Assembly: GCA_030390025.1 (NCBI GenBank) | Contig: CM059432.1 | Span: 91,824,001-91,888,000, forward strand | DNA from: Squalus acanthias | Lineage: Eukaryota | Length of the DNA: 64,000 bases | Direction of reading: 5' to 3' | In this document: piece by piece, positions 10,278 to 22,205 of the stretch | Layout: the number at the start of each line of letters is the position of its first letter | How positions within the stretch are numbered: position 1 is the stretch's first letter | Program-made: the position numbers and the translations under genes | Notes under the pieces: model-generated | Told to the model about the DNA's origin: nothing | The model's input: only the letters and a program-made list of their open reading frames with translations | Databases searched by the model: none

Positions 10278-11481
10278 GCTGCTTGCAGATGCCTCCGTTG
10301 GGGAAGCGCTCATTCCAAGCGGGGAGAGGGTCTTCCAAGAGCTCCCACAGTTGATAGATAGAAGCTGCAGCACCTCCAACTTCGGAAGGCCTGCTAAAAG
10401 TGCTGAAAGACCTTTTAAAGCAAAGTTCTGCCACCTGCAACTAATCCCTGATGAAAGCTCCGTTTTAATGTTTGAGCTGCAGCTGTGAGGAGGCCACCCA
10501 CTTGTCAACCCGCCAGGATTAGCTGGCGTGGTTTAGGAGGGTCGTGGAACACGCTGAAAATGTCGAAAAATAACGAGGGCCTCTCAAAATAGGATTAGAT
10601 TTTATTTTTTTCTTCCTGAGCCATTTTCCTTACAGATGAAAGCTGAAGTTCATTTTAAAAAGTTACATTTTTGAAATTTTTACATAATTTAAATAAATTA
10701 TGATACTCTGTTTCCATTTTTTTTAATGTAAGATTTGTCTGTCGAGCACTGAAATTGTCCTTGTCCACCTTGGGCCTGTTGTTGGCCACTTATGCCTTCT
10801 CTATTTCTGCTTCTGCTGCTCTCCGCTGCTCCTGCCATTCTTTTGCAGCAACAGTCTTTACTGCGTCACTGCCCATTTTCTCAGAGCCACTACGCTTGTT
10901 GGGTTAACTTTTCTTTAAATAATTTTTAAAAACAAATACATTTTGTTAGAGACTGAGGGAAAAAGAATTCTATTATCTAGCTAACTTAAATGCTACTGAT
11001 GCATCTTGGAAGTTTTGTACAATGCTCAGTCTGCAGGATCTACCTTCACTTAAGAATCACCGTTCTGGGCAAAAATATCAAGTCCAACCCTAGGCTTTTG
11101 TGAGAGGCCGATGCCTTTAAGTAAAACTTTAATCAAGGTATCAAAATACATAGGAACAATTTAGTGAATATATTTAATTGTGATTGTGATATTGGAATTT
11201 TGTTTTTGTTTTTTTATTTTCTTTATAACTTTATGGAGGACATTAGAAATGTCCTGAGGAAAAATGGCAGAGAAGAGTTTTTTTTTCAAAAAATCGTTTT
11301 CAAATTGATTGGTTTATCAGCAATCCAGGGCAGTTGACATTGTTTCCCATTATGAAATGTTGATATTTCCATTGTGACATGTTGACATACCGGTTTTCTA
11401 TTATAAAGCGTGACACAGGAAGTAAGGATGATGTATGCAGGATGTGTGTTACTTACTATGTTATTTCAATTTGATATTTAG

Positions 11482-11623
11482 CCTGCACCTACCAAAAAAC
11501 CCTCAAACTGGAGAAGAAAACATGAAAATTTTATTGCTGCCATCAGAGCGGCCAAACAGGTTTCTCAAACAACGAAGGAAGGGGGATCCCCCCCACCACC
11601 ACCTCCACCTTTATACGATCCAG
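11482..11623 (+). CDS. ZC2HC1A: ZC2HC1A internal coding exon (phase 0 to 1), PAPTKKPSNWRRKHENFIAAIRAAKQVSQTTKEGGSPPPPPPPLYDP
   Basis: Acceptor gatatttag|CCT, donor CAG|gtatgg, 142 nt. The translation matches the ZC2HC1A segment as I recall it, PEPPKKPSNWRRKHEEFIATIRAAK...PPPPPPSYDP. Not in the ORF track in this frame. Confidence 0.95.
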
Positions 11624-11805
11624 GTATGGCATGCACAAGTAGGATATTCTCTTCTTTAGTTTGAAGAAGACTTCATCATTTATATTTGAATAAAAAATCC
11701 ATAATCTTACATTATTTGGTCAGCAGTGTTAACATATTGTTGCCTGTTCTAATTTCAATAAGTGGGTAAATCCAAATGGTGGAATGTTGGCACTTTTAAA
11801 ATGTT

Positions 11806-11893
11806 TTTCGCTCCACAGGTGCTGCATGTGCTGCTGAGTGTTTCCAGCATTTTCTATTTATTTCAGATTTCCAGCATTGCAATATTTTGTCTT
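11806..11893 (+). mobile_element. Short fragment of a common elasmobranch repeat (probably a Penelope-like terminus)
   Basis: ctccacaggtgctgc...ctgctgagtgtttccagcattttctatttatttcagatttccagcat; a reverse-complement copy lies at about 28651-28720. Confidence 0.5.
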
Positions 11894-12179
11894 TGTTCCA
11901 CCATTTAAATGACTGGTAGTGTTCAGTACCTGTAAAACATTTGAAAATGCTAAAATTACTCTGTTTGGACTTACCCACTTATGCATACCTTCTTTGTTAA
12001 AATCTATATTTATCAAAATAGCAGACTTAATGCTGGAGGAACCATATCCTAAATTTTGTAGTGCAATTTTATATTGGGTCTTATGAAACTCGCACTTTCA
12101 TTACAGAATATCCTTATTACTATAACCAGCTTTTTTAATGTATGGTGATTTTCCTTGCAAATACACTAATTTTAAGTTA

Positions 12180-13000
12180 ACTTACATTTCTATAGTACTC
12201 ACTACATGCAAAGATGTCAACGTTTTATAGAGCAGTAGATAATGAGTGGATGTTGGGGTCGAAGGGGTAGAGGATCAGGAGGACACAAAAGCATGTTTAA
12301 TGAGGAGGGTATTAAGGAGGCTTTTGAAAGCAGGAAGGGTGGTGGCAAGGCCGAGGTACTGAGGAAGGGAATTCTAGATGGCGAGGATAATGTGGCTGAA
12401 GGAATGTCACCAGTGGTGGAGCAGGAGAAGGAAGCAAGAAATAGGTCAGTCTTGGAGGAGTGATTTTTTGCGGCAATTTGAAGGTGAGAATAGGAATCTT
12501 AAATCAATTCACGGGGCACAGGAAGCCAGTGGAGCTTGGTGAGGACGGGAGTGATAGGGATGCCTGTGAGGACATTGGATTCTGGCCGTGATCTTCTAGA
12601 TGACTTGTAGTTGATAGATGTTAGAAGCAGGGAGGATGGGAAAGAGGCTTGTGATGTTTTAGAAGTGAAAGAAAGTGGCATTTGGTGATGTATCGGATAT
12701 GGGGTAGGAAACTGAACTTTGGGGTTGAGCAATATACTTAGATTCCATATCGCTAGACTAAGCCTGAGTTGGAAGCTGGGGAAGAAGATGGAGTCGAGGC
12801 TGGCGACGCAGAGGTGTTTGCATGAGCTGAAGAGGATGGCTTCAGTTTTGCTGACATTAAGCTGGAGGAAGTTTTGGCTCATGCAAATTTAATGCCAGAT
12901 TGATAGTTGAAGATGCTGGTTATTGGAGGAGATGATGAGGTAAATTTGGGAGTCATTAGCATATGTGTGAAAGCTGACTCAATTCTTCCAGATAACATTG
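12180..13000 (-). mobile_element. Old L2-clade LINE relic
   Basis: ORF 12499-12882 MSQNFLQLNVSKTEAILF...ITPVLTKLHWLPV carries L2 ORF2 motifs. Confidence 0.75.
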
Positions 13001-13472
13001 TTAAATGTAGTCCCCTTTTCATTTAATCCATAGTTGTATTGAGTGCACCTTGCCTTGGATACTTTTGGAATTAGTTCCTTACGACCATCCTACTGGTTTG
13101 CTGGATGTACTGCAGCTATATCCTCTTGTGCCCTGCATTGTTTTCTGCCACTGTTTAGCGAAAGCTTAAAAACTTTTTCAAAGCATCTCTGCACTATATT
13201 TGCTGTCATTCAGTTTGTACTAGTAAAACATTTTGTCCAGATGGCAATTCATTTGGTTTTTAATTATGTTTCTGCCTTGTAATTATTCTTGGTTCACCAT
13301 GCAAGTGCAGTACCTATTACTGAAAATTATGGTATATCTGTACAAGCAGTCTGTTATATTTTGGCCTTATGTTCAGTCATTTTTATCTGGGGGGAAAATA
13401 ACATGTAAACAATGTGGTATTTTAGTTAGCTAAGCAAATTTATCTTTTAACATATTGCATACATTTCGTGCA

Positions 13473-14090
13473 GACCAGCCACACAAATATTGAGGCTACA
13501 AGAGCAGGTCAGAGGCTGGGTATTCTGTGGTGAGTGACTCACCACCTGACTCCCCAAAACCCTTCCACCATCTAAAGGAATGTGATGAAATACTCTCCAC
13601 TTGCCTGGATGAGTGCAGCTCCAACAACACTCAAGAGGCTTAATACCATGCAGGACCAAGCCGCTTGATTGGCATCCCATCCACCACCTTAAACATTCAC
13701 TCCCTCAACCACCGGCATACCATGGCTGCAGTGTGTACCATCTACAAGATGCACTGCAACAACTCGCAAAGGCTTTTTCTACAGCACCTCCCAAACCTGC
13801 GACCTCTACTGCCTAGAAGGACAAGGCACATTGGAACACCACCACCTCGAAGTTCCCCTCCAAGTCACACACCATCCTGACTTGGAAATATATCGCTGTT
13901 CCTTCATTATCACTGGGTCAAAAGCCTGGAACTTCCTACCTAACAGCACTGGAGTACCTTCACCACACAGACTGCAGCAGTTCAAGAAGGCAGCTCACCA
14001 CCACCTTCTCAAGGGCAATTAGGGATAGGCAATAAATGCTGGCCTTGCCTGCAACGCCCACATCCCATGAATGAGTAAATTAAAAAAAAA
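13473..14090 (+). mobile_element. LINE family B 3' fragment, ending about 115 bp upstream of a ZC2HC1A exon
   Basis: Collinear with about 6315-6960; A-rich end. Confidence 0.9.
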
Positions 14091-14204
14091 GAAACATCAT
14101 TAGCTTTGATTTCACACCTGAAAAGTTTACAGGAATATAATTATCTGTATTGACAAATAAGAATCTCAATTCTCTTAATGCATTTATCAAATTTCTTTTT
14201 TTAG

Positions 14205-14347
14205 ATTACATCCAGTGCCCATATTGCCAGAGAAGATTTAATGAAAATGCTGCAGACAGACACATTTCTTTCTGCAAAGAACAGGCTGCTCGTATTGCTA
14301 AAACCAAACATGCTGGTGTCAAAGGAAAACAAAGCTCTCCAACACAA
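14205..14347 (+). CDS. ZC2HC1A: ZC2HC1A internal coding exon (phase 1 to 0), second C2HC zinc finger DYIQCPYCQRRFNENAADRHISFCKEQAARI...
   Basis: Acceptor tttcttttttttag|AT, donor CAA|gtaaag, 143 nt. CxxC...H...C finger nearly identical to recalled vertebrate ZC2HC1A. Phase joins the previous exon (G|AT = Asp). Confidence 0.96.
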
Positions 14348-14451
14348 GTAAAGCACACATTATGTTTTGTTTACTGATGATGCAGTTCCTCTTGGTAGAT
14401 TTTGGGAATATGGAAAATGCTTATTTGGATATCACAAACGCAGTTACTAAT

Positions 14452-15245
14452 AGCCCGTGTTTTGCGGTCAGCGGCGAACGAGCATGCTCACTGTTCATTA
14501 CGCTTATACTTTCCCACAGAATTTCAGTAGGCTTTTATGCTGTGATTTGCGGTTATCAGACTGCCAAAGCAGCGCGGCGCCGTCTACAGGGGACCTGGGA
14601 CCTGTGTGAACATGGCAAGCAACAGCGTGTCTCTTCAACCTATCAGATTGAATAATCCTTACTGAGACACGCAGTGTCTAAATATTTAATTCAATGTAAA
14701 ATCATGTACAGAAAGCAAAAAAAAGAGGGAAAGAAAGATGGGATTAAGAGTGATGAGACAGAAAGAAAAAGTTAAAAAAAAATTAATTTTTAGGAAGAAA
14801 GACAGACTTGTATTTATATAGCACCTTTCACGACCACTGGACGTCCCAAAGCGTTTTACAGCCAATGAAGTACTTCACTGTTTAAAAATCTCCAACAATA
14901 ATAAAAATCTGATGAATGAGACTCCACATTTGTAAAAGTTAAATTCAGTGCCAGAGGGGTTGCTTGGCAATAATTAAGAGTTATCATGTCGTTAAAAATT
15001 CACTTACACTTGACTGGACGAGCCCTAACATTTTCCAGCATGTTTTAGTGAGTATCTAGTGAGTAAGTACCACAACTTCACGCCCTTCATGTGTTTGAAT
15101 GCCAAGTCTCTGGCTGAGATTCCTGTGTAATGAAGCTTGTGGAGGAGCAGGATGTGTGCGGACGCCAGAAGTTGCTGTCCGATTTACTCCTTAATAACGG
15201 TGAGCATGATAGCCTCATCATTATTTTTGGCGCAAAATCTGGGCA
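14452..15245. mobile_element. Harbinger-type MITE with nested SINE fragment
   Basis: Imperfect TIRs GCCCGTGTTTTGCG (14453) and CGCAAAATCTGGGC (15231-15244); probable 3-bp TSD AAT. Confidence 0.6.
14793..14875 (-). mobile_element. DeuSINE-like (SacSINE1/AmnSINE1-type) 3' fragment
   Basis: agacttgtatttatatagcacctttcacgaccactggacgtcccaaagcgttttacagccaatgaagtactt; sister copies at about 34870-34980, 50903-50980 and 62994-63120. Confidence 0.6.
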
Positions 15246-16084
15246 AATGTATAATGTAAAGTTGGACTTAATTTTATTTCTTTTTAATTTTATTCCTGAC
15301 CTGAGTTTCATTTGGTAGGGATTGTGAATCATATTAGTGTGTATAATATGTCTCAACCTTCATTTTTTTGTGTTTAATTAGAAGTTTTTGGCAGAAACTG
15401 AATTATGCTAACCGCCCTCCCTGAATTCTGCTAACACCAGCTGATCATGAACGGCAGGTCTATATAAAAGTTCTGAAGTGTTACAATTATGACAATTTTG
15501 TTCAATGTGGATATTTTTCCATTGGAAATCTTTTCCGTGCTTTAAGCTTTTTGAAAGATTAGTAACTAGGTTGAAGAAATGACAATGTGAAGTATTTACC
15601 CCCTACATACTCCCCATTTTCAAGTGCATGTCTTTATTTTGCTGATATTCTTAAAGGGTGTCCTTTGCAGAGCTCAGGAGAGTTATTTCAAAAAGTAAGT
15701 GAAATGGTGAAATTTAATCGACTAGCTAACAATTATTTCAGCATAGCCAGTCTTAAAAGATTGATAAAGAGCTTCTATTTTAGTTTTGGAAGCTTCCAGA
15801 TTCTGTATTACCTAAAACAAACTGAGACTCCTATTCGGATTTTAACAGGATATGCGGCAATTGATGACTGCTTTTGGAATGCACTCTGCAGGGCTTAGCA
15901 GGAGTTAGTTGAGCCTCGTGACTAGGCGAATGGCTTTCTAATCCTGCTATGCATAATGTCAAAGATTCAATTCTTTTTAGCGCATTTATTTTATTGCAGT
16001 TATTTTGTGCATATACTGTGTTTACCCAGAGTAGTTCCAATCGCTAGTGAGCTAAAGTGTTTATACAGTAAACTTTGGGGGGTG

Positions 16085-16601
16085 GGGGAGGATTTTAACC
16101 CCAAAAAACGGGTGGGTTGGGGTCGGTGGGAGGTTAGAGTTAAAAAGCTATATCCCCGACCCCAACCTGCCCACTTCTGGTTTTAACAGAGGCAGGACTG
16201 GGGGCGGGCAGCCAACCAGCTCCCAGGAGGCTGGTCGCCCATTTACATATTATAATGAGGCTGGTGTGCTTCTTGGGGATCCACCATTTCAAATGTAACT
16301 CTGGCTGGTCGTGTGTCCCAGGCCTCGGAGGAACCCGCCAGCTAAAGGGAGGCGAGGACTTATAAGTGCCTTTACACTTAGCTGCTGGATCCAACGTTTC
16401 TACCTCCGGCCCCCATTCACACCCTACACTCACCCGGCCCCAATTCACCTCATCAGCCCCCCCACCCCTTAGTGGCCTAGTGCCACAGGCCTACCCGCCC
16501 AACAGTCAGCCAGCCTCTCCATATGACTACCATTCTCCCGGGTTTCCCGACCGCTTTCTAGCCCCCTGCTTCCTATCCGCCTCCAGATTAAAATTCTGCC
16601 C
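16085..16601. mobile_element. Harbinger-type MITE
   Basis: Imperfect TIRs GGGGAGGATTTTAA and TTAAAATTCTGCCC with GC-rich subterminal cccgac/ccgcc motifs. Confidence 0.6.
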
Positions 16602-16675
16602 TGTGAATCTAAAGTATATAAAACAGACTCCAGAATAGTAGTTTTTCCATATTTTTGCCTTGCGTTAAAGATAAG

Positions 16676-17300
16676 GGGATAGAGTTTCCACTAGTAATAT
16701 CATCACAATCCAGGCGGAATCGGCCAAACCAGCGCAAACGATTGGAGAATTCTAAACATGAGTTACGTACAAAACCAGTTATGTTTGTGTTTTCCGTGAT
16801 CTTTTACGTTGGTTCAAGATACATTTAGCTCGGTTGTGGCCCTACCCACAAAACTGGCCATGCCCCCAGGTTGTAAATGCGAGATTGTGCTGGTTCGGGA
16901 AGGCTCTTCAAATTGTACTCATTTTCTTAGGCGCACAGGCGCAAGTAGTCACTTAAAAAAAAAAAAAAAATTCATATCAAAAAAACTGACTAGTGTACAC
17001 CAATGAAACTATAAAGGTTCAGTATATATTTTTTTGGCATTTTCAGTGACTTTGAATCAAGTTATTCCCTTATGGAGGACTGCGCCCTTATTAAAAGTGT
17101 TTACTTTTGCAGATAGACCCACTTTCAGCTGTATTAATAACACTGCACCAGGTTACCACTTTTAAATACATCAAGGAATACTATTTAATGGAAAGAAAGA
17201 AAAGAAACAATTATGTTCTATTACACTGCCCGATTGTGCTGGTTCATAGAAGATTTTTTGCTTGTGATTTTGCAAATTAATTTTAGTGGAAACTTGAACT
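16676..17300. mobile_element. Harbinger-type MITE (second TIR type)
   Basis: GGGATAGAGTTTCCACTA at left and TAGTGGAAACTTGA at right; the same TIR type occurs at 34014-34029. Confidence 0.5.
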
Positions 17301-17339
17301 GTAACCTAACCCGTGCAATTTCAAGCGTATTTTGGGCGT

Positions 17340-20300
17340 AAATTCCTGATTTCCTTCCTTCACAGCCTTGCATGCAATCACCCTACTAAAACACTCAGAT
17401 GGTATGCAGTTACTTGCTTCATGCATCAGTTGGATGTCATCTCCTGGCAACCAGACTGCATTCTTACTTTTTGCATTCTTAAAGGGGAGGGCAACCCATA
17501 ACAGAAATATAGTCCCCAAGTGGTGGACCCTCCCCAATCTCTAGCCCCTCCTCCTCTCGGAAGAGGAAGCCTTGGAGCTCCTGGGGAGGTAGGCAGAAGA
17601 AGGAGTTGTAGACGAGGAAGTCTGATGCAGGTGTCAGCAACAGCTTCGTCATAACGATCTGCTTCTCTACCTTCTCTTGCTATTGTAACCTGTCAGCGAA
17701 TCCTCATGTAACTTCTACTGAAAATCGTGTGAGTGATGCTACTCAGCAACCTTTTCTAACTTGTCTTCCCTAGATGTCACTGAGGAGGAAGATGATATGC
17801 TAGGCCCCTCCTGCATCTACTACTGCCAATGCATCCATCTGAGGGGCATTAGTGAATAAGCCAGAGATGATTGCACAAAATAAAAGTAGGCAGGAGCTAG
17901 GGGTGGAAAATGAAGCTGATGTAAACTGGAAGGTCAGCAAAAGTCGGCTCATGGCTGAAGAGCCTGAGGACCTAGATTTCACAGGTCTTCCTTTATATAA
18001 AAAGGGGTGCTTACAGAGTATTGCATGCAGGCACTGGGGATGGTCTCCAAGAATTTGCAGCAGATGGCAGGTCAATTGGAGCAGTATTTGGACGCATGGC
18101 ATCCTGATGGATGGGTATGCAGCATTGCAGTCTGCAATGGATTATGTGGCATTTACAGGCTGATCTTCAGTTATGGCCCTCATCACAGAGACCCCTAAAG
18201 ACAGCCTTAACTTCAGGCATAGACTTCCTGGCCCTGCCTCCTTACTGCCGCAAGTGCAGGCATCTGAGGGGGATGATGGAAGATCATGTGCATACTGCAG
18301 CTCAGGATCCATCTCGAGACTTGGCTACCATGAGACGTGGGCCACCTCTGTCTTAAAAAGGCTCTTGAAAAACACAGCAACCAGGCATCTTGTGCACTCC
18401 TGCCACTCAGGTAGTGCCTAGGCGAAATATAAGAGGTAACGCATCACACTCTACCATGAGGGAAGCATAGTGGAAAGAAACAGCAGGCACACATAGCATG
18501 GGTTTTGATTGAAGTTATGGTTGCATGGAAGTCATTATGCAAGGTTTAGAAGTGGCTTTGATGATGTGGCATGAATGGGATGCATTTGACTTGATCCACA
18601 TAAAGGGCTGGATTTTCACTGACCCGTGGAGTCGGGTTTGGAGGCGTGTGGGGGGTTAAAGTTGCAGATTCGGGGGTCCCGACCCCATCCCGCCTCCAAC
18701 TCGCCTCCATGCCAGTTTCGCTGGCGGCGGGTACCCGACCTGTGCTGGGACCCGACTCCCCGAGGCGGGAAGGGATTAGTGACAATTAACTGCCTGTTAA
18801 CAGGTAGTTAACAGGCAGTTTTTTGCCTAATCCCTATTTTGACGGCTGAAATGTGGGCTTCCCGACAGGTGCCAACCACGCCAAGTTATTGGGTCGGGCC
18901 GTGGGTCTGCAGGGGTTGGAGGGGTCGATATGTCCGGTGGGCAGGTGAGTGATGGGTGCATGTGTGCAGAGGTAAGTGTGTAAGGTAAGTGCAAAGTGTG
19001 GGAAAAAGTTTTACCTTAACTTCCTCCTGCAGGTGTCAGCCCTTCAGTTCTCGGGAGTCAGAAATCTCACCGGCACAGAAAGCAGAAAAGCCGTGGTGCT
19101 GTCAAAAACTGTAGCCTTCTGTTTTCTGTGCTGGAATGATTTCTAACTCAGCCTGAGAGGAAGGACTCAAGTTAGAAATCATATTGTCAGTGTTTGACAG
19201 CTTCACAGAGCTGTCAAACGCTGATATTTCATCTGTCAAAAGCTCTTGTCACAGATTGACATTTCATCTGTCATCACCTGTTGCCGGGTGGCCCTTAATT
19301 GGCCTGCTGAGCCCACTGGGCGGGCTCAACAAGGTCAATCAAGGGAAAATACAGTGGGTTGGCCACATCTCGATGGAGGCGGGTCTACAACCCAAAAAGT
19401 GGGATTCACGACACCAACCCGACCCCAGTATCAAAATCCAGCCCAAAGTGTCTGTAGATGAAGCAGTAATTGTGGTGGGAAGCGAGGAAGATGTAGACAG
19501 CCGTTTATTCAATGTGCAGAAGTGTTTTTTAAGAGATTTCTTGTAGCAGACTGTCACAAGTGTCTCTTGCAGTCAGCAATGGATTGTGCTCTGCTTCCTC
19601 TTCATGCTCCAGCTGCTCATCAGCTTGATTTCTCCAGTTACAATTAGGAGCCTTTGTCCTCCATGACCTCCATGAAGAGGTCTCTTTGCAAGACACAGTT
19701 TTGTGCAACAGACAGCATCTCCCCACGATACATGAAACCCTAGCCAGACTATATTACAAAGAAACCCATACTGATCCAGGCATCTGAAGCTTCCCAGTAG
19801 TATGCTCCAGTGGCAGAATGGACTTTGTTATAGTGGTGCTCAGCTGGTGTCCTCAAAAAGTGGTCGGTTGTCATTTGCCATGGCTGTAGTGGGTAGTCTT
19901 GACCTACCAGGAGCCAGTTGAGATGCTTGCCTTTCTGTGTCAAAATATCTGGCACAGTAGACTGCCTTAAAATGAAGGCATTGTAGCAGTTGTCTGTAAA
20001 GCAAGCACTTATCTGTATGATGCTGGTCATACAGGATTGCAGGATGAGACATAACTCATTGATGGCTTCCCCTGTGAAGAGCAACTCCACAAGCTTTGTT
20101 CCTGGGTCAGCAGAAGGTAGAAGCACCTTTGGTCTGTATATTCTAGTGAGTATATTTGTCTATACGGTGCCTGACTAGGCTGACCTCTGTTTTTCCTCCT
20201 CTTCCTTCATAAAATATAAATCCAGCACTGTTCCCAATGGAAAACCCACTGTGGCCTCTTCAGAAAGATGAATGCAAAACTGGAAGCTTTGCACCAGAAG

Positions 20301-20500
20301 GCACAAAAGTAGATGTTGAAGCAGTTATCAGCAGGGGAAAAACAAAAAAGAAGATGGATCATATATAAAGATTTTAGAAGACTTTTAACTGTACCTGATA
20401 TAGCTCTCTACATTCACTTATCTTTAACTTAGCTGCTTCTATAGGTGTGATTACTGTCCGGTATAATGATAGAAAATGTGACGTGTCACCGCATCATTTA
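17340..20500. mobile_element. Older, highly decayed Harbinger transposon with MITE inserted
   Basis: Minus-strand transposase relic at about 19450-20250 (NAFILRQSTVP...WLLVGQDYPLQPWQMT...TPAEHHYNKVHSAT; CCLLH). Acidic + strand relic at about 17550-18450 (EEPEDLDFTG) may be the Myb-like gene. Boundaries approximate. Confidence 0.65.
18605..19444. mobile_element. Harbinger-type MITE with perfect 12-bp TIRs
   Basis: GGGCTGGATTTT (18605) and AAAATCCAGCCC (19433-19444); AAA on both flanks (3-bp TSD). Confidence 0.85.
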
Positions 20501-20539
20501 CTTCCCTGCAGTGCTCTTCGGTTTTGGTCACTGAGACAT

Positions 20540-21345
20540 AAAGGAAATATTCAAGCCATATAGGGTGGTGCAGAGAAGTGCCATGAGGCTAACCCCTAAT
20601 GTCAAAGCATCAAGCATATAAGGAAAGATGGGATAAACTAAGGCTCTTTAGATGTGAAAGGAGTTGACTCGGAGGAGACATTTATAGAAATATACAAGAT
20701 AGTGAATCATAGAATAGTACAGCACAGAAGAAGCCCATTCGGTCCATTGAGTCTGCGTCATCTCTTTCGAAGAGCAATCCAGTTAGTCCCACTCCCCCGC
20801 TCTTTCTCCGTATCCCTGCAGTTTTTTCTCCTTCAAGTATTTACCCAATTCTTTTGAAAGCTACTATTGAATCTGTATCCACCACCCTTTCAGTTGGTGC
20901 ATTTCAAATTCTAACACTTGTTGCGTAATAAACTTTTCCCTCATGTCGCCTCTGGTTCTTTTGCCAATCACCTTAAATCTGTGCCCTCTCGTTACCGACC
21001 CTTCAGCCATTGGAAAAAGTTTCTCTTTATTTACTCTATCTCTATCTAAATCCTTCATGATTTTAAACACCTCTATCAAATATCCTCTTAGCTTAAGTAG
21101 CTTAAATGGCCGAGATAAAGTTAATCAAGAAACCTACTTCCAGGAATGCCAGGATATTAGATCATGGGGGCATAGATTAAAATTGATGAAAGAGAAGTTT
21201 TAGGATCAATGTCAGAAAGCACTTCATGCAAAGGGTAATCAGCACTTGACATGGTTTACTGTGTAGGCTAGTTCAGGAAAAATCAAGAGACAGTTGGATG
21301 TCATGGGGAGGAATAAGGTTTTTCTTTTCTGCATGGATAAGCTAA
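20540..21345 (+). mobile_element. Old CR1 3' fragment (+) with a younger CR1 3' fragment inserted in reverse (about 20704-21092)
   Basis: Minus ORF 20864-21079 IEVFKIMK...FPMAEGSVTRGHRFK; flanks read as a split + strand CR1 ORF2 tail. Confidence 0.75.
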
Positions 21346-22205
21346 GATGGGTTGAAAAACCTCCCACATCTGTGCATTTATTTTGTGATATAGCCTAATT
21401 TGGAGCCATCAGTACAACTCAGGACTAATTGATCTTTTTTTCAGGGGAGATAGGGGAAGGAACTTGGGGGTTCCTCAAAATAAAGGGTTAGCAGGCCTTG
21501 TGGACAGGAAGCCAGTGATAGAATAAGCAAGTAAGGACTTTTGAATAGTGTGGGTTTGATGGGCCAAGTGGACTTTCCTCATACTGCACATTGATTATTA
21601 TGTTTCTTATGTCGTTGTAAAATCAGTTCTGGAGCAGTATGTTACTTCTTTACCATATATAATTTGAATTGCAGGATTTCCTGAATCTGGAGTGTGAGGA
21701 GGGCCATTATAATGAGATTATATGGTTGCAAGTTGAATGAATCTATGTACAAGTTGGACTTGAAAACAAAAAAGCTCCAGTCATTTTATTAAAAAAAGCA
21801 TCATTTTAACATCATCTCCCCTGTGAATTACAGAATATTTTGTCTATTTCCTGGAAATATTCAGAAAAACCGTGGTATGAATTGAGACACAAACAATAGA
21901 AATAAACTTACAGCAGCCTTCATCGATCCTGATTTTTTTTTTAATGGAGGACATTTGTGACCATTGCTCACTTTTCTAGTTTATTATAGAAACCATCTGA
22001 TACCATTGAAATGTAAATAAAATATACATTTCAGAAAAAAATCCAGCTTTGCTTTTTGTCACTGACATACTGTGACTTTACTGCAAAAATAATTATTAAT
22101 CAAAGGGCAGTGGTCAAAGTGAGATTACCATCTTTGTACTTTTTGGAAAAATAATATTTGAATCTGCAGAAAGTTCTAATTATAAATGTCGGGTTCATAA
22201 TTCAG

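Larger units (their letters stand above)
8418..10590. mobile_element. PIF/Harbinger DNA transposon relic (Myb-like gene on +, transposase on -, convergent)
   Basis: Left end GGGGACGATTTTCC resembles the GGGnnnGATTTT termini of MITEs in this window. Subterminal 13-bp inverted repeat TGGAGGCGGGTTT/AAACCCGCCTCCA (8435-8477). Two typical Harbinger genes. Right TIR not found, so the right boundary is approximate. Confidence 0.85.
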
